From: Albugo candida
Taxonomy: Eukaryota
Direction of reading: 5' to 3'
DNA length: 20,000 nucleotides
Assembly (NCBI GenBank): GCA_040437565.1
Contig: JBDOQK010000010.1
Location: 619,316-639,315, forward strand
Positions 19,079-20,000 of this stretch are shown here, one piece after another (within the stretch, counting starts at the first letter, position 1; the number at the start of each line of letters is the position of its first letter). The notes under the pieces are model-generated. The model worked only from the letters and a program-made list of their open reading frames with translations, was not told the DNA's origin and did not search any database. A program made the translations under genes and the position numbers.

Positions 19079-20000
19079 GGGAATTGCTATTTCCACCCAC
19101 CAATGTATTTTTTGACCAATCAGATTACGATGTTATTACCACACCAATTTTTACTATTTCCCCCCACTTTTTTAATATATGATTGGGCAAAATTAGCATA
19201 TGCAAATTCAGTTTTTCCTTTTACTTTGCTCACCTGCATCTTGCCTACAAGATGAAAATAGTGTTGAAATCTTCGTGGGACATTTTCGAATATCATGTCC
19301 CTCCCTGTTACATTTTTTACAACGCCGCTTAGGCTTCATTGCATGCTCAAATGCTGACGGTTCGCGCTTTGTTGATGAATTGAGAACCTTATTTTGGGCC
19401 CCAAGTAGACGTCCTTTCGCCTTCACGACAGAAGTTTCAGCAAGGACCGAAAAATTCCCACTTACCAATTCCGAAATTCTAGCATGAATGATTGACTGTT
19501 GGGCCGGCGAACAATTTGAATAGCGGCTTTCCAGTGCTTTCAAGTAGAGCTGAAAGGATGCGATGTTGTTCGGCATGATGGAAACTTGCTTGGCCCCTTC
19601 CGTTATTGCATTGTAATTGATGCCACCTACGTGCCAATGCTGGTGGATCAATGTTAAGGGTATGGGGCTGTTACAAAGATCACGGATTTCATACACACAT
19701 GGTAATCCCATAGTGCTCCGCAACGTATGACTGCACGCATTACTCAAATCATCTTCCGGTCTATTAATTTGCTCTTCGCTATTTTTCAGAGCAAAAACGG
19801 AGACGCGTCCAACCAGCTGCTCATAGCTTACACTACCACGGAATACATGTGGGATTCGGATGTGTTCGCTAGCAATGTTAGCTTCAAGCTCCCGGGCTTG
19901 GTGCTCAATGGCTTGCTTCATTCTTGCCTGAACAAGATCCAGATTTCCAGTAGATGTTTGTAGGTACCGCTTCAAAGCTGAATGCGCTCCTTCAACCGCC
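19079..20000 (-). mobile_element. MULE element B, 3' portion, with a putative terminus at 19079; continues beyond the window
   Basis: Transposase C-terminus at 19208-20000 and a GGG-initiated, subrepeat-bearing segment GGGAATTGCTATTTCCACCCAC starting at 19079. Confidence 0.7.
19208..19999 (-). CDS. MULE transposase, C-terminal part (partial; frame open to the window edge)
   Basis: AVEGAHSALKRYL contains the catalytic Glu region. Also present are a SWIM-like CSHTLRSTMGLPCVY, IHQHWH, KGR, STKREPSAFE, and the CCHC knuckle RRCKKCNREGHDIRKC. Confidence 0.88.
   Translation of the reverse strand, partial: AVEGAHSALKRYLQTSTGNLDLVQARMKQAIEHQARELEANIASEHIRIPHVFRGSVSYEQLVGRVSVFALKNSEEQINRPEDDLSNACSHTLRSTMGLPCVYEIRDLCNSPIPLTLIHQHWHVGGINYNAITEGAKQVSIMPNNIASFQLYLKALESRYSNCSPAQQSIIHARISELVSGNFSVLAETSVVKAKGRLLGAQNKVLNSSTKREPSAFEHAMKPKRRCKKCNREGHDIRKCPTKISTLFSSCRQDAGEQSKRKN

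Noticed and set aside
1..20000. CRISPR arrays, tRNA/rRNA genes, prokaryotic operons or defence systems
   Set aside because: No repeat-spacer arrays or structured RNA gene signatures were seen. Spliceosomal introns and gene content indicate a eukaryote.

Overview
Eukaryotic genomic DNA, most likely an oomycete. The gene families, INR/FPR core promoters, 47-54 nt GT-AG introns and very tight gene packing suggest an Albugo-like genome, but this is inference. Bases 1-14.9 kb are gene-dense. They contain the 5' part of a Sec24C/D COPII gene (minus strand, missed by the ORF track), a single-pass membrane protein, a spliced kinesin-2 (KIF3-type) motor and a coiled-coil protein. They also hold a small spliced RIIAD1-like gene absent from the ORF track, two PHO84/PHT1-type phosphate transporter paralogues, a membrane-anchored purple-acid-phosphatase-like enzyme set head-to-head with one transporter, and a FYVE-domain protein. 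Bases 15-20 kb are gene-poor and carry two adjacent Mutator-like (MULE) elements, one decayed and one with an open C-terminal ORF. There are four 100-N scaffold gaps; two are flanked by exact duplications that are probably assembly artefacts. The most notable signals are a candidate phosphate-scavenging gene cluster with PSR-like motifs in a shared promoter, and the hidden RIIAD1-like gene near the IFT kinesin. I see no clear evidence of a fundamentally new system.
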